Below are positions 23,304 to 33,335 of a stretch of DNA of 64,000 nt, piece by piece. Both the position numbers and the translations under genes were made by a program. Position 1 is the stretch's first letter. Each line of letters opens with the position of its first letter. Source of the stretch: a virus; IMG/VR virus record IMGVR_UViG_3300046779_001269, positions 32,001 through 96,000 of that record; one strand, 5' to 3'. The notes under the pieces were generated by a model. That model saw only the letters and a list, made by a program, of their open reading frames with translations, did not search any database and had not been told where the DNA came from.

Positions 23304-24109
23304 ATTTCTCCAACGTAATTCGCTACTGCTGGCATGTCACCACGGAAGTGATATGTGCCGATGTGGTCTGCTTTCATCCATGGACACAACCAGATTTTAC
23401 CACCAATGTTTCTCCACCATTGGCAGAACATATAATCTTCTGAAAGATATCGTTCAGAAACTTTGTCAATAACAGTATCAAAGTATGCGTGAATGTATCT
23501 TGTGCCGTCAAAGTTTGCTTGACCAACATGGTCTGGTTTGTAACGAAGTTCTGGATATGCCTTCTCAAATGCACCAAAAACTTCACGCTTGACCAACATG
23601 TAACCTGTACCAATTTCCATAACTTCTAGTGGTTCAGTTACAGAGAATTGTGCGGTGCCTTTAACTGGATTAAACACATAGTCACCAGTTACAGTTTCCA
23701 ATTTTTGTGGATCAATGTCTGGATTCTTTTCTAGAGCACGCTTAACTGATTTCCACTTAATTGCTTTCTTGGGATATGGACCACCGATGATATCTTTGTC
23801 GAGAGCCAACAAAGCGATTACATCTTGTGGATTAAAATGAATGTCGGAATCTAGGAACAAAAGATGTGTACAATCCGAACGGTGCAAGAATTCATCCACA
23901 AGGTAATTTCTTGCACGAGTAATTAGTGATTCGTTAAATAGAAACGAAAATTTAACTGAGATGCCATACTGCATACACAGTGCTTGTAAGTCCAAACATG
24001 CCTTAGCATATAGGCCGTGATTTTGTCCGCCATACATTGGCGTAGCTACAAATAGACTTTTCTTTTGTAGTTCTTCTTTTTTTACCGATATTTCCATTTT
24101 TTTCTCCAA
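23300..24109 (-). CDS. GT-A fold glycosyltransferase-like protein
   Basis: VATPMYGG, ITRARN, FLDSDI (DxD), GTGYML, SEDYMFC. Confidence 0.75.
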   Translation of the reverse strand: MEKKMEISVKKEELQKKSLFVATPMYGGQNHGLYAKACLDLQALCMQYGISVKFSFLFNESLITRARNYLVDEFLHRSDCTHLLFLDSDIHFNPQDVIALLALDKDIIGGPYPKKAIKWKSVKRALEKNPDIDPQKLETVTGDYVFNPVKGTAQFSVTEPLEVMEIGTGYMLVKREVFGAFEKAYPELRYKPDHVGQANFDGTRYIHAYFDTVIDKVSERYLSEDYMFCQWWRNIGGKIWLCPWMKADHIGTYHFRGDMPAVANYVGEM

Positions 24110-24119
24110 TGTATAAACG

Positions 24120-24155
24120 AAAAAAGAGGAGTACCGCTAAAAAACGGTCTCCTCT
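24120..24155 (-). terminator. intrinsic terminator
   Basis: AGAGGAGACCG/CGGTACTCCTCT hairpin plus T-tract. Confidence 0.7.
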
Positions 24156-24173
24156 AATTTTGATGCTTAGTGA

Positions 24174-24440
24174 TTAAGCAATTTTATGTCCTGCTGACAA
24201 TGCTGCACGAACCATTGCTTTGGTTGGCTTACCCAAGCGGTAAGAAGCAACTTTAGAACCATCACCACGAGTTTTGGTGTTAGTATAGATGACATGGCCT
24301 TCTTGGCGCAATTCATCAATACGGGCAGACACGTTGGTAATACCAAATCGTGATTGTGCCTGAGCGACTGTCAAGGTGTTGTAACCTTCTGTCTTGCTCA
24401 AATAGTTCAAAATCTTTTGTTTAGCGGATACTTTAGTCAT
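24174..24440 (-). CDS. winged helix-turn-helix DNA-binding protein
   Basis: KQKILNYL...LTVAQAQSRFGITNVSARIDELRQEGH...YRLG; own promoter and terminator. Confidence 0.8.
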   Translation of the reverse strand: MTKVSAKQKILNYLSKTEGYNTLTVAQAQSRFGITNVSARIDELRQEGHVIYTNTKTRGDGSKVASYRLGKPTKAMVRAALSAGHKIA

Positions 24441-24493
24441 ATCAATCTCCAATAACGAGTTAAAAATAAAATCTTGCTTGTGCAAGTGTCACT

Positions 24494-24522
24494 ATTATAC
24501 TATTATATAGTGACCTTGTCAA
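24494..24522 (-). promoter_or_regulatory. sigma70 promoter TTGACA-17-TATAAT
   Basis: Perfect consensus. Confidence 0.8.
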
Positions 24523-24539
24523 GCATCTTTGTGGTAATC

Positions 24540-25595
24540 TTATATTTTATTACCATGAATATCTACCACACCAAACTCCTTTGGATTACCATTGTCGAGT
24601 GGATTAGGTGATATATCTTGTGCCAAGAAACCCTTGAATTTCAATGGATGTACTGCGAGAATATCATTCAAAGATACCTTGAAACCCAGTTTTTTAAGTA
24701 TAAACTGAATCTCTTTACAATCTTCTAAGATAAATTCATCAAATTTTAATTTCCATTCTTCACGTTGTGAGTAAATTGCAGGAGCTTCTTTTGGATTATC
24801 TTTAATCCAAGCATAAATCTCCACATCTTTACCACCATATGCTCTAGATAATTTCTTAGCATCATACAATGTGGTCTTTGGTGTTTTAATACCTGTAATA
24901 TAACCCAATTTACCTGTTTGTGCTAGACGAGCATCACCACCAAAAGGTATGTTGTGTTGTTCAGCAAATTCAATTGTTGAACGGTCACCACCATCAGTGT
25001 GGTAATTTCTAATTGTAGAAGATGTTGAGATGTGTTCTCTAAATTTCTTAAAAATTTGAGTCTGTACTTTTTTGGTTTTGTCTGAAGCTAAAATTGAAAT
25101 CAGATTTTTGATGTCTGTATCATCATTTCTAATTTCATTATTGGCAACAGATTCTTTTACCTGTTTAACAATGTCCAAAACGGTGTTTGGTAAAGAGGGA
25201 GTTCTGTGGTGATTTGATGTGGTGCGGTGAATACGCTCGTCCAAAGGTGAATCAAATTCAAGCACATCATAAATCATTGTTTCCCAACCTAATTGTTCGG
25301 CTGCTGCCTCACGATGGTAACCAGATAAACCAACGAAACGATCCTTATTGTTCGGATCAATTTTAATTGTTGGTGGACTACATGTATAAATGTAACCGTT
25401 TACTGAAAGAGAATCTCTCAAATCAGGAACACTGGATAAAACAACATCAAGTTGCCTTGGGTTGTTGGTTGGTGGATAAGAAACGACACCGTTTTTACCA
25501 CGCTTTAATACCACACGTTTTTTAAAGGTAACACCTTTTGGGTATTTTGGTGGTGATTGTTTTAAAGACTCTTGAACATCTAATAATGTTTTCAT
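24540..25595 (-). CDS. protein with ParB/Srx-like N-terminal domain
   Basis: LRDSLSVNG...PPTIKI...LSGYHREAAAEQLG; likely start MKTLLD. Confidence 0.6.
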   Translation of the reverse strand: MKTLLDVQESLKQSPPKYPKGVTFKKRVVLKRGKNGVVSYPPTNNPRQLDVVLSSVPDLRDSLSVNGYIYTCSPPTIKIDPNNKDRFVGLSGYHREAAAEQLGWETMIYDVLEFDSPLDERIHRTTSNHHRTPSLPNTVLDIVKQVKESVANNEIRNDDTDIKNLISILASDKTKKVQTQIFKKFREHISTSSTIRNYHTDGGDRSTIEFAEQHNIPFGGDARLAQTGKLGYITGIKTPKTTLYDAKKLSRAYGGKDVEIYAWIKDNPKEAPAIYSQREEWKLKFDEFILEDCKEIQFILKKLGFKVSLNDILAVHPLKFKGFLAQDISPNPLDNGNPKEFGVVDIHGNKI

Positions 25596-25667
25596 GTAAC
25601 ACTCCTTATACTCGGAAACTTTCCGATAAGTTAAATAAAACACACAATCTACTGACTGTATGCAGAT

Positions 25668-26939
25668 TTATCTACCAACTTGTGGTAAATATTTTGCCTT
25701 TGTTTCTTCCCATGTTAAGAAAATTAAGTCATCATAGAATAGTGATTCATATGAAACATTATTTTTCTTTTTCAACATAGAAATGCGACCTTTGGCATAT
25801 TTGGTTTTCCAAATCTCCGTTAAGGCCTCAACACTGGTATCAAAGGACTTCACCAGTTTGTCTTCCGTTATTTCTTTACGAAGAAATTCCGGTGTATTAT
25901 TATATAGTGGAGAAAAGTATATTCCTCGTTGATGAGCACACTTTACCAATTCTTTTGGTATCTTCAACTTACTATATGCAAAGTGTAGTGTGCGATTTTT
26001 GTGGTCACGCTTGTATGGTAGACCATTGGGTTTCTTGGCCTCCCACCATTCAAAGTAATGGCGAGTGTGATTCTCTTTTACCCAATTGTATATTTTGTTG
26101 AGTATATCACGGTTAGGGTCAAAAGCCACTGAGCCACTACTAAATCCCATTTTAGTCCAGTGTTCGAGTCCATCATACTGAGATAACCCATTGGACTTTG
26201 TATTACCATATAAAGAAGTAGTAGTAACGCCAACAAGAATGTTATCATATTGTCTTCTCCAATCTTCCTGAACTGTGTCAGATAAACATAACAACGCCAA
26301 CAACTTACCACCCATGTAATTAAAACCGAGTGGTTGTAGTGGCACAATCGTAGAACCAATTGCAGTATGGTTAATCATATTGCCTGTTGTTTTAATATCT
26401 TTAGGCCAACCAATAAACTTATCTCTAGGTGTCAAATCCAAAAAGTCTGAACTGATACAGATAACACCCAAGAATTTACCAGTAACTTCATCTAGTACAG
26501 TGTAGAATAAATTTCGTCCAATATTGGAGTTGTTCTTCATTGTAGATGAGAATGTACGCAATGTATTCCATTTTTCTGCCAATGGTCCATTAGACAAAAT
26601 CATCTTTGGTTTCAAATTGGCATAGTCATCTGGTGATTGTGGCATCCAAATGTTATCTTTAATATCTGCAATTACTTTTTCCGTTGTCAAATCAACCAAC
26701 TGTGTTTCATTACCGAATAAGGTGGTAATCTCACGAGTAGGAAACTTTTCGTGTACCTCACACCATTTTTGGTACAAGGTATACTCACGAACATCCATCT
26801 GTGATTTGATTGTCAGGTCTGCAATAATTTCCTGACGCAATTGTTCCGTATCAATGTGTTCAAATCGCTCTGGTTCATTTCCAATCTGCCAGAGTCTCCA
26901 TTGTTCATCAATATCAGGGATTTGTTTTTTGGTTGACAT
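25668..26939 (-). CDS. DUF4338/DruA-like protein
   Basis: IGRNLFY...TGKFLGVICISSD..LTPRD, IVPLQPLGFNYMGGKLLALLC, TTTSLYG, SQYDG. Confidence 0.75.
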   Translation of the reverse strand: MSTKKQIPDIDEQWRLWQIGNEPERFEHIDTEQLRQEIIADLTIKSQMDVREYTLYQKWCEVHEKFPTREITTLFGNETQLVDLTTEKVIADIKDNIWMPQSPDDYANLKPKMILSNGPLAEKWNTLRTFSSTMKNNSNIGRNLFYTVLDEVTGKFLGVICISSDFLDLTPRDKFIGWPKDIKTTGNMINHTAIGSTIVPLQPLGFNYMGGKLLALLCLSDTVQEDWRRQYDNILVGVTTTSLYGNTKSNGLSQYDGLEHWTKMGFSSGSVAFDPNRDILNKIYNWVKENHTRHYFEWWEAKKPNGLPYKRDHKNRTLHFAYSKLKIPKELVKCAHQRGIYFSPLYNNTPEFLRKEITEDKLVKSFDTSVEALTEIWKTKYAKGRISMLKKKNNVSYESLFYDDLIFLTWEETKAKYLPQVGR

Positions 26940-27558
26940 TCTGTATTTGTTGCTTCATAAATTTTGGATTAAAGTATTTTTTATACATTTTCTCCACTTT
27001 TTTCATACCAGACTTTAATGCAAGTGGTTTACAACGAGTAGTATACACTATTCCGTTCAAATGGTCAAGCTCATGTTGGAATACCCTGGCGGTTAAACCG
27101 TGGTATTCTGCCTGACGCACTTGGCCTGTGAAGTCCTGGTATTCCACTTTAATTTTTGCCGGTCTGGTAATGGCAAGAGTCAATAGTGGGAATGAAACAC
27201 AATTCTCTTTCATGTGTGCTTCGCCTTCGGAAGAAATAATTTTTGGATTGAAATAGGCAACATAATTTTCTTCACTGCCCATAACAAATACACGGTAATT
27301 AAAACCGCATTGAATGGCTGATAGACCTAGACCCTTATATTTTTTCAACGATTCTACCATAGTTGACGCAAATTCATTTGGATCAACTGGTGGATTTGCA
27401 AAGTCAAACTCTGGTGCAACTTGACTGAAGTTTTCTTCAGTTGGTGGTGCAAGAGGAAATGTTTTTACTTCCTTTTCTTCAACGGTCGTAAGTTTCTTTG
27501 TATCGTATAGAACAATTTTATCTTCATCTATATCTGTAATATCATTTTGTGTATTCAT
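26914..27558 (-). CDS. def: peptide deformylase
   Basis: GLGLSAIQ, ENCVS (variant of EGCLS), QHELDHLNG. Confidence 0.9.
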   Translation of the reverse strand: MNTQNDITDIDEDKIVLYDTKKLTTVEEKEVKTFPLAPPTEENFSQVAPEFDFANPPVDPNEFASTMVESLKKYKGLGLSAIQCGFNYRVFVMGSEENYVAYFNPKIISSEGEAHMKENCVSFPLLTLAITRPAKIKVEYQDFTGQVRQAEYHGLTARVFQHELDHLNGIVYTTRCKPLALKSGMKKVEKMYKKYFNPKFMKQQIQNVNQKTNP

Positions 27559-29273
27559 TTTGCAATCCTACTAAAGTTTCCTTTTTTCTCAAACTTAATG
27601 ACCGAACGGAACTTATCGAACAGCTGGTCGCCTTTGTGGGAAATAACAAACACATTCGTATCAGTTCCCATTTCATTAATCAATTTCAAAAATTCTTCTG
27701 TGCCTACTGTGTCTAGTGATGAATCAAACACTTCATCCAAAATCAATAGGTTTGTATTAGTACTATTCTTTAACTTTGCAATCTGTCTCCATGTGAATAG
27801 GAGTGCCAAGTCAATACGCATCTTCTCACCTTCGGAGAAATTGGCATAAGAGAACTCATCACGGTGTCTACTCTTAATTGTTTCTTCAAAGTTTTCGTTG
27901 ATATTGAAGTTAACAAAAAAGTCCATGGCAGATAAATACTTGTTTATCAATTTGTTCATAATTGGTAGATACTGTTTAATAATTCTGGACTTAATACCAC
28001 CATCTTTCAACAATGTACCGGCATACTCCAAATACTGTTTCTCTACCAATAATGTTTGATATCCTTGTTCGCTTTGTTCTAGTGCTTTTTTCAGCGTTGT
28101 TAATCGCTCATTATCTTGCACACTGGTCTCCACTTTAGTGGAGAGTTCCGCAATTTCTTCATTCAACTTTGTAACATAATCATTGATTGCAGAGATTGTG
28201 GCATTATTCTTTGTAATCTCACTTTGATGATCCGTAATATGTTCCAATAGTTTGGTTAACTTATCAATCTCATTGTTGACCTTTGTGAGCTCTGCCTCAA
28301 CTTCTTCAAGATTCTTTTTCTGTGTGCCAATTTTATCATTCTTTTCTTGTACTTGAGTTGACTTCCATTCTTCTGTAATGGCTTGTTTACAGGTAGGACA
28401 GTCATGGTTTGTTTCATAAAATTCAATATCTTTCTCATGTCGTTTGATATTGGTCTGAATCTTGCCTTGGACTTGGAATAAACCTTTAGACTTCTTATCT
28501 AACTTACTCTTATTGTCACCAACTTTACTTTGTAAAACAACAATATGTTTGTTGATAAGTGAGTTGTCATCGTTTAATTTAGTTGACTGTATCTTAGAGG
28601 TGGCAATCTGTTCAACCTTCTTAGCAATCTCCGCATCATTATGCTTCTTGTGTTCTTCAATAGACTCCAATTGCATTTTGATTTTTTCTTCGAGCAAAGT
28701 TATATCATATTTGACCTTGGTCAAACTATCTTTATTGCTTGAGAGTTTGTCTTTGACGCCACTATGCATAGTGGAAAAGATTTGAATGTCCAATAAGTCC
28801 TCAATGATTGCTCTGCGGTCAGCAGCAGACAATTGCATAAAAGGAACAAAGGATGCTGAACCAAGGATGACAACCTGCGTGAAGGACTTGTAATTTAATT
28901 TGAGGATGTTTTCCTCTAGTACCTTTTGGTAGTCTTTCGCAGCTGCATCCTGGTTCAGCAGAACATTGTTGCAGTAAATCTCAAACTTATTTGGTTTGAT
29001 ACCACGAACAATCTTGTATTTTTTAGTACCAATTTCAAACTCTACCTCAACCAAACAATCTTTTTGATTGATAGAATTTATCAGTTGTGGTTTATTTATC
29101 TTCCGAAACGGTTTACCGAATAATGCAAAGCACAATGCATCCAAAACTGTGGATTTGCCAGCACCATTCTGACCAATAATTAATGTATTGGTTGATTTGG
29201 TAAAATTAATTTCAGTGAAATGTGCTCCGGTGGAGATAAAGTTTTTCCACCTTACTTTTTGAAATAAAATCAT
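27555..29273 (-). CDS. gp46: SbcC/Rad50-like recombination ATPase gp46
   Basis: GQNGAGKST, CPTC hook, FSEGEK, LDEVFD. Confidence 0.95.
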   Translation of the reverse strand: MILFQKVRWKNFISTGAHFTEINFTKSTNTLIIGQNGAGKSTVLDALCFALFGKPFRKINKPQLINSINQKDCLVEVEFEIGTKKYKIVRGIKPNKFEIYCNNVLLNQDAAAKDYQKVLEENILKLNYKSFTQVVILGSASFVPFMQLSAADRRAIIEDLLDIQIFSTMHSGVKDKLSSNKDSLTKVKYDITLLEEKIKMQLESIEEHKKHNDAEIAKKVEQIATSKIQSTKLNDDNSLINKHIVVLQSKVGDNKSKLDKKSKGLFQVQGKIQTNIKRHEKDIEFYETNHDCPTCKQAITEEWKSTQVQEKNDKIGTQKKNLEEVEAELTKVNNEIDKLTKLLEHITDHQSEITKNNATISAINDYVTKLNEEIAELSTKVETSVQDNERLTTLKKALEQSEQGYQTLLVEKQYLEYAGTLLKDGGIKSRIIKQYLPIMNKLINKYLSAMDFFVNFNINENFEETIKSRHRDEFSYANFSEGEKMRIDLALLFTWRQIAKLKNSTNTNLLILDEVFDSSLDTVGTEEFLKLINEMGTDTNVFVISHKGDQLFDKFRSVIKFEKKGNFSRIAK

Positions 29274-30346
29274 GTTTCAGTATTCAATGCCTCTACGTAG
29301 AGTTCTTTCAATAATGTTTTCAACTTAGTATTATCTATGTTTTCTTCTGTGATGCCATCAACATATTTGTTTAGAATAGTAATGGTATCTTCTGCTTGGT
29401 CAACATCATCATCAGTAATGTCAGCCAACTCAGTAAAATCTTCAGCAATAGTAATGTCTGCTGGGTTTACATTATACAAGTTATTCATAAACTTGTCAAA
29501 CAAATATGGATTGGTTTTATTCAATACAACCACTTTGACATAGGTATTGGCATATGGTTTCAAATCTTTGCCATCAATCTCTTTGATTGTTTCTGCCTTG
29601 TCATCATAGATGATTCGGTGAAACATCACGTTGGGATTTTGTACAAAGGTAAGGTCCCCGTTATCCAAATCAAATAAATGGAAACCACGAGGGTCGTTAT
29701 AATCCTGCCAAGTAAGTTCGTATGGGTTACCAAGGTAGTGTACACCATCAATACTAGACTTGTGATGATAATGACCACTAAATGTAGCGGCAAATTTACG
29801 AAATATTGCACGGTCTAATCCTTCTTGTGATTGCATACCACGATGCATGGCGAAACCAGATATCTCCAAGTGACCCATACAAATGGTTGCTGAAGTATTT
29901 TTAATTTCTTCCATCGAACGTTCATAGTTTTCGGCACAAATCCAAGGTAACATACAAACATCGGCAGTTGTGTTTGCATAATCCAAGTGTATTGTCTGTG
30001 GCGTATCAATAACATTGATGTTATCGTATTCACGCAATACCAAATCAATGGAGTTTACATCGTTGGTATTCTTAAAGTATGTGTCATGGTTACCAGCCAA
30101 CATGTGAACTGTGATGTTCATATTGGCCAGTTTATCAAAGAACATTTCTTTGGAACGCTTGAGTGTGTAGAAGTTCATATACTTCCTACGGTCAAACGTA
30201 TCACCGAGAATCAACAATGTAGTAATCTTTTCTTCCACCAATTTGGGAAAGAAAGTTTCAGTGTAGAACTTCTCGTAATAATCTAAGAACTGTGGTGAAT
30301 CGTTGCGAGCACCAAAGTGTTGGTCAGTTATAATTGCTATTTTCAT
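29270..30346 (-). CDS. gp47: SbcD/Mre11-like nuclease gp47
   Basis: TDQHFG, GDTFDRRK, GNHD, SGHYH. Confidence 0.95.
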   Translation of the reverse strand: MKIAIITDQHFGARNDSPQFLDYYEKFYTETFFPKLVEEKITTLLILGDTFDRRKYMNFYTLKRSKEMFFDKLANMNITVHMLAGNHDTYFKNTNDVNSIDLVLREYDNINVIDTPQTIHLDYANTTADVCMLPWICAENYERSMEEIKNTSATICMGHLEISGFAMHRGMQSQEGLDRAIFRKFAATFSGHYHHKSSIDGVHYLGNPYELTWQDYNDPRGFHLFDLDNGDLTFVQNPNVMFHRIIYDDKAETIKEIDGKDLKPYANTYVKVVVLNKTNPYLFDKFMNNLYNVNPADITIAEDFTELADITDDDVDQAEDTITILNKYVDGITEENIDNTKLKTLLKELYVEALNTET

Positions 30347-30361
30347 AAAACTATTATAACA

Positions 30362-30913
30362 TTATTCCATGAATTTTTCAATGCCTTCAGGCTTCTTTGC
30401 CGATTTTGCGTCTTTCTTTGCCTGTTTGGCACCTTCATAGTTCTCAATAAACTCTGCAATGTTATCATACAATGCAAATTGGTTCGTTGTACCATCTTCA
30501 CCTTCTAACATTTCAAACTCATCCAGAATACCAATCTGTTCTGTGGCTTTATACTTCACATACAGTTGTTTCTTTTCTTTCTGTATGCGTCTTAGAAAGG
30601 CGTAGTAAATGATTTGTGTGAAGTATGCAAATGGATTCTTTGACTTGGTAGGATCAAAGTTGTTAAAGTACATCAAACAGTTTTCGATACCATCCGAAAT
30701 CATTTCATCACGGTAAGTATAGTTAATAAAGTTTGGCTTGTGTGATAGACCTTCGGCAATTTTCATCCAACATTCACCGATGTAATTCGGTATCTTGGGT
30801 TCTGGTTTGCCGTTCTTCTTTGCCTCTTCGCAGGCAGACTTGTAATCTACCAGAGCTTTGAGAAAGTCTGCATTATTAACATATTCTTTGGGTTTTTTAG
30901 TCGGTTGGTTCAT
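30362..30913 (-). CDS. gp55: late sigma factor gp55
   Basis: YVNNADFL, EMISDGIENC, NPFAYFTQI..AFLRRI. Confidence 0.95.
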   Translation of the reverse strand: MNQPTKKPKEYVNNADFLKALVDYKSACEEAKKNGKPEPKIPNYIGECWMKIAEGLSHKPNFINYTYRDEMISDGIENCLMYFNNFDPTKSKNPFAYFTQIIYYAFLRRIQKEKKQLYVKYKATEQIGILDEFEMLEGEDGTTNQFALYDNIAEFIENYEGAKQAKKDAKSAKKPEGIEKFME

Positions 30914-30942
30914 AATTTATTCAAGTTTACCATAAAAAGTTG

Positions 30943-30971
30943 TTGACAAAGGGCTTGACATGTGATACAGT
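30943..30971 (+). promoter_or_regulatory. antisense-oriented sigma70-like promoter TTGACA-17-TACAGT
   Basis: Intergenic, upstream of gp55; second TTGACA within the spacer. Confidence 0.45.
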
Positions 30972-30996
30972 CCACGGTGTAGCCCGGTTGATGATG

Positions 30997-31374
30997 TTAA
31001 TGGAATTTAATTCCTTTATTATCTTCTAGTTCAGCTAAGGCCTCCATCATATCTTGGATATCTTCCTTATCTTTCTCTTTAGATTCTTTCAAAGCTTTAT
31101 TCATTTGCTTTACGGCATTAGTATAATATTCTTCGAAATCTTCATTCGGTTCCATAGTGCAAAGTATCTCAGAGTTTTTAATAACTACTGATTTTTCTTT
31201 CATAATGGCTAATGGTAACCAATGCTCCATCACAAGGTTTTGGTTACGCAATTCAAACATCATTGGATTGGTAAGTTCCACTTCACCATTGGGTTGGTCA
31301 CCCATATCATGTTTATAGAAAACATTACTGATAACATCCAAACCGTCTTTGAATCTTACAATTTTAACTGTCAT
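30997..31374 (-). CDS. hypothetical protein (conserved uvsW-gp55 position)
   Basis: MTVKIVRFKDGLDVI; synteny. Confidence 0.7.
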   Translation of the reverse strand: MTVKIVRFKDGLDVISNVFYKHDMGDQPNGEVELTNPMMFELRNQNLVMEHWLPLAIMKEKSVVIKNSEILCTMEPNEDFEEYYTNAVKQMNKALKESKEKDKEDIQDMMEALAELEDNKGIKFH

Positions 31375-32867
31375 TTTTTAAGTCCTATATTGTAAATTTT
31401 AAAAGTGAACTTCTCCTCAGTATATATCTTTACTCTTTCCACGAAGTGACGCAATGTAAAGTTCATGTGTTTTTTGTGTCTGAGGTCGTCTGCGATATCG
31501 TAGAGTGTTGCAACTTCTTTGCCTTCCGATTTGCGAAGACCTCGTCCAATAGATTGAAGATTGCGAACTCGTGACTTTGACGGAGATGCGAAAACAATAT
31601 TATGCAAGTTGCGAATATTAATTCCAGTAGAATAAGTGCCATAAGAAGCCACAATAATTGCGTCATTTTCCTTTTCCATGATTGCACGAACCTTTTCTCG
31701 GTCTTCAGTGTCCACGCCTCCGTGGACGAAATAAACATTTCTGCCGTTAAGTTTTTCGGCAGTATTAATCATATCATACAATACAGTACCATGTTTTTCT
31801 ACTTGTTGGAACAATACCAGTGAGTTTTTATCCATACTCAATGCCAAATTGCGTATGAATTTATTGCGAGATTCGCATTTAATCAGGTATTCCATTTCTT
31901 CCTGATATGTCCATTTGGTACTATCTTCACAAACATCATCAGGATGTTTCAATATCAGACACTTGATATCAAATGCTGTTACTTTACCTTGTTCAATAAG
32001 TTCTTTTGTTGTGATAATTTGTTTTGCAGGACCAAACAGGCCTTCCAAAACCAACTTATGTGTCTTGGTTCCGTCCAAAGTACCAGTCATACCAATACGA
32101 TATTGTGTATTTGATAGTGAGGTCATAATCGTGGTCAACGATTGAGCCTTGAACAAGTGTGCCTCATCACCAATAACATAATCAAACTGTTCAAAGTATT
32201 CTTTAGGCATTTTGAACAGAGATTGCCATGTAGATATGGTCAACGACTTGTCTGTTTCTTTGACCATGCCTTTGTAGTCATAGATTTTATGTACATTATC
32301 TTCAACATAAAAACCATTGTGAGATGAGTAATCTTGGAAGTCTGTATACATTTGTTCAACCAGAGATGTGGTCGGAACAATCATAAGACCTTTGAGTTGT
32401 TGATAATTGTGCAACTGTCTATACAATAGATATGCAATCAGGGACTTACCAGACGATGTTGGAGACACGAACAGTGCTCGGTGTGACTGCATGGAGTGTA
32501 CGAATGCTTCCAACTGGTGCGGATGCACTTCCAATTTCTTTCCTTGTGAGTGTATATTGAGTTGTTCTGCAAACTTCTTTGCATGGTACATTGAGAATTC
32601 AGATTCAACAATGTTATCCTCATAACTATACTCTCTATCTTCGCAGAAAGATTTGATATATGGAATTAGACCAAGATAGATTTGTTGTGTTTGTAGATTG
32701 AATAACCGTATCTTACCGTCCCAAATCTTATTCCTGAAGGCAGGAACAAACTGGAAACCTGGTACAAAGAAGGTGAAGAACTGTGATAATTCCATTGCCA
32801 CGTGACGTTCACAAGTCACCTTGGCATACACACCATCTTTTTTGATTATAACAACATCACTGGCCAT
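31371..32867 (-). CDS. uvsW: SF2 helicase UvsW
   Basis: SPTSSGKS, GDEAH, GMTGT, QSIGRGLR. Confidence 0.95.
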   Translation of the reverse strand: MASDVVIIKKDGVYAKVTCERHVAMELSQFFTFFVPGFQFVPAFRNKIWDGKIRLFNLQTQQIYLGLIPYIKSFCEDREYSYEDNIVESEFSMYHAKKFAEQLNIHSQGKKLEVHPHQLEAFVHSMQSHRALFVSPTSSGKSLIAYLLYRQLHNYQQLKGLMIVPTTSLVEQMYTDFQDYSSHNGFYVEDNVHKIYDYKGMVKETDKSLTISTWQSLFKMPKEYFEQFDYVIGDEAHLFKAQSLTTIMTSLSNTQYRIGMTGTLDGTKTHKLVLEGLFGPAKQIITTKELIEQGKVTAFDIKCLILKHPDDVCEDSTKWTYQEEMEYLIKCESRNKFIRNLALSMDKNSLVLFQQVEKHGTVLYDMINTAEKLNGRNVYFVHGGVDTEDREKVRAIMEKENDAIIVASYGTYSTGINIRNLHNIVFASPSKSRVRNLQSIGRGLRKSEGKEVATLYDIADDLRHKKHMNFTLRHFVERVKIYTEEKFTFKIYNIGLKK

Positions 32868-33291
32868 TTACGAATTTTTCCCATGAAATAAAATCACGCA
32901 GTTGCCACGTTCTTTGTTTCAACTCTTGCATGATTGCTTCTACAACAGCAACCACCTCATCGTGATATGCTTTCTTTTCAAGCAGTTTAATTAAGTCTTT
33001 GTCAGCCTCAAGATATGTGGTTATATCAGACTTGAGTGCAAACTGAAATGGTTCCCAACCATATTCTTCTAGTTCTTCCTGTGACATTTTACCAGTAAAG
33101 TATTCCCATTTGACCTTACGCATACGCAAGTAATCAAAGTTAGCCTTCTGTTTTGCAATTCTGTGTTTAGTTAGAATTGCCAAGTATTTACTGTGGTATA
33201 CAGGAATGTTTAGTAATTCTTTGGATGGTTCAGTCTGGTCAATGACTGCATCTTTTTCCCACATTTTAAGTATCTGTTCAAGTGTTTCCAT
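32857..33291 (-). CDS. uvsY: recombination mediator UvsY
   Basis: HSKYL, YLEADKDL, ISWEKF; synteny gp3-uvsY-uvsW. Confidence 0.9.
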   Translation of the reverse strand: METLEQILKMWEKDAVIDQTEPSKELLNIPVYHSKYLAILTKHRIAKQKANFDYLRMRKVKWEYFTGKMSQEELEEYGWEPFQFALKSDITTYLEADKDLIKLLEKKAYHDEVVAVVEAIMQELKQRTWQLRDFISWEKFVNGQ

Positions 33292-33335
33292 TTTAATCTC
33301 AAAAAACAAATAATATAGATTATATCAGAATAGTA

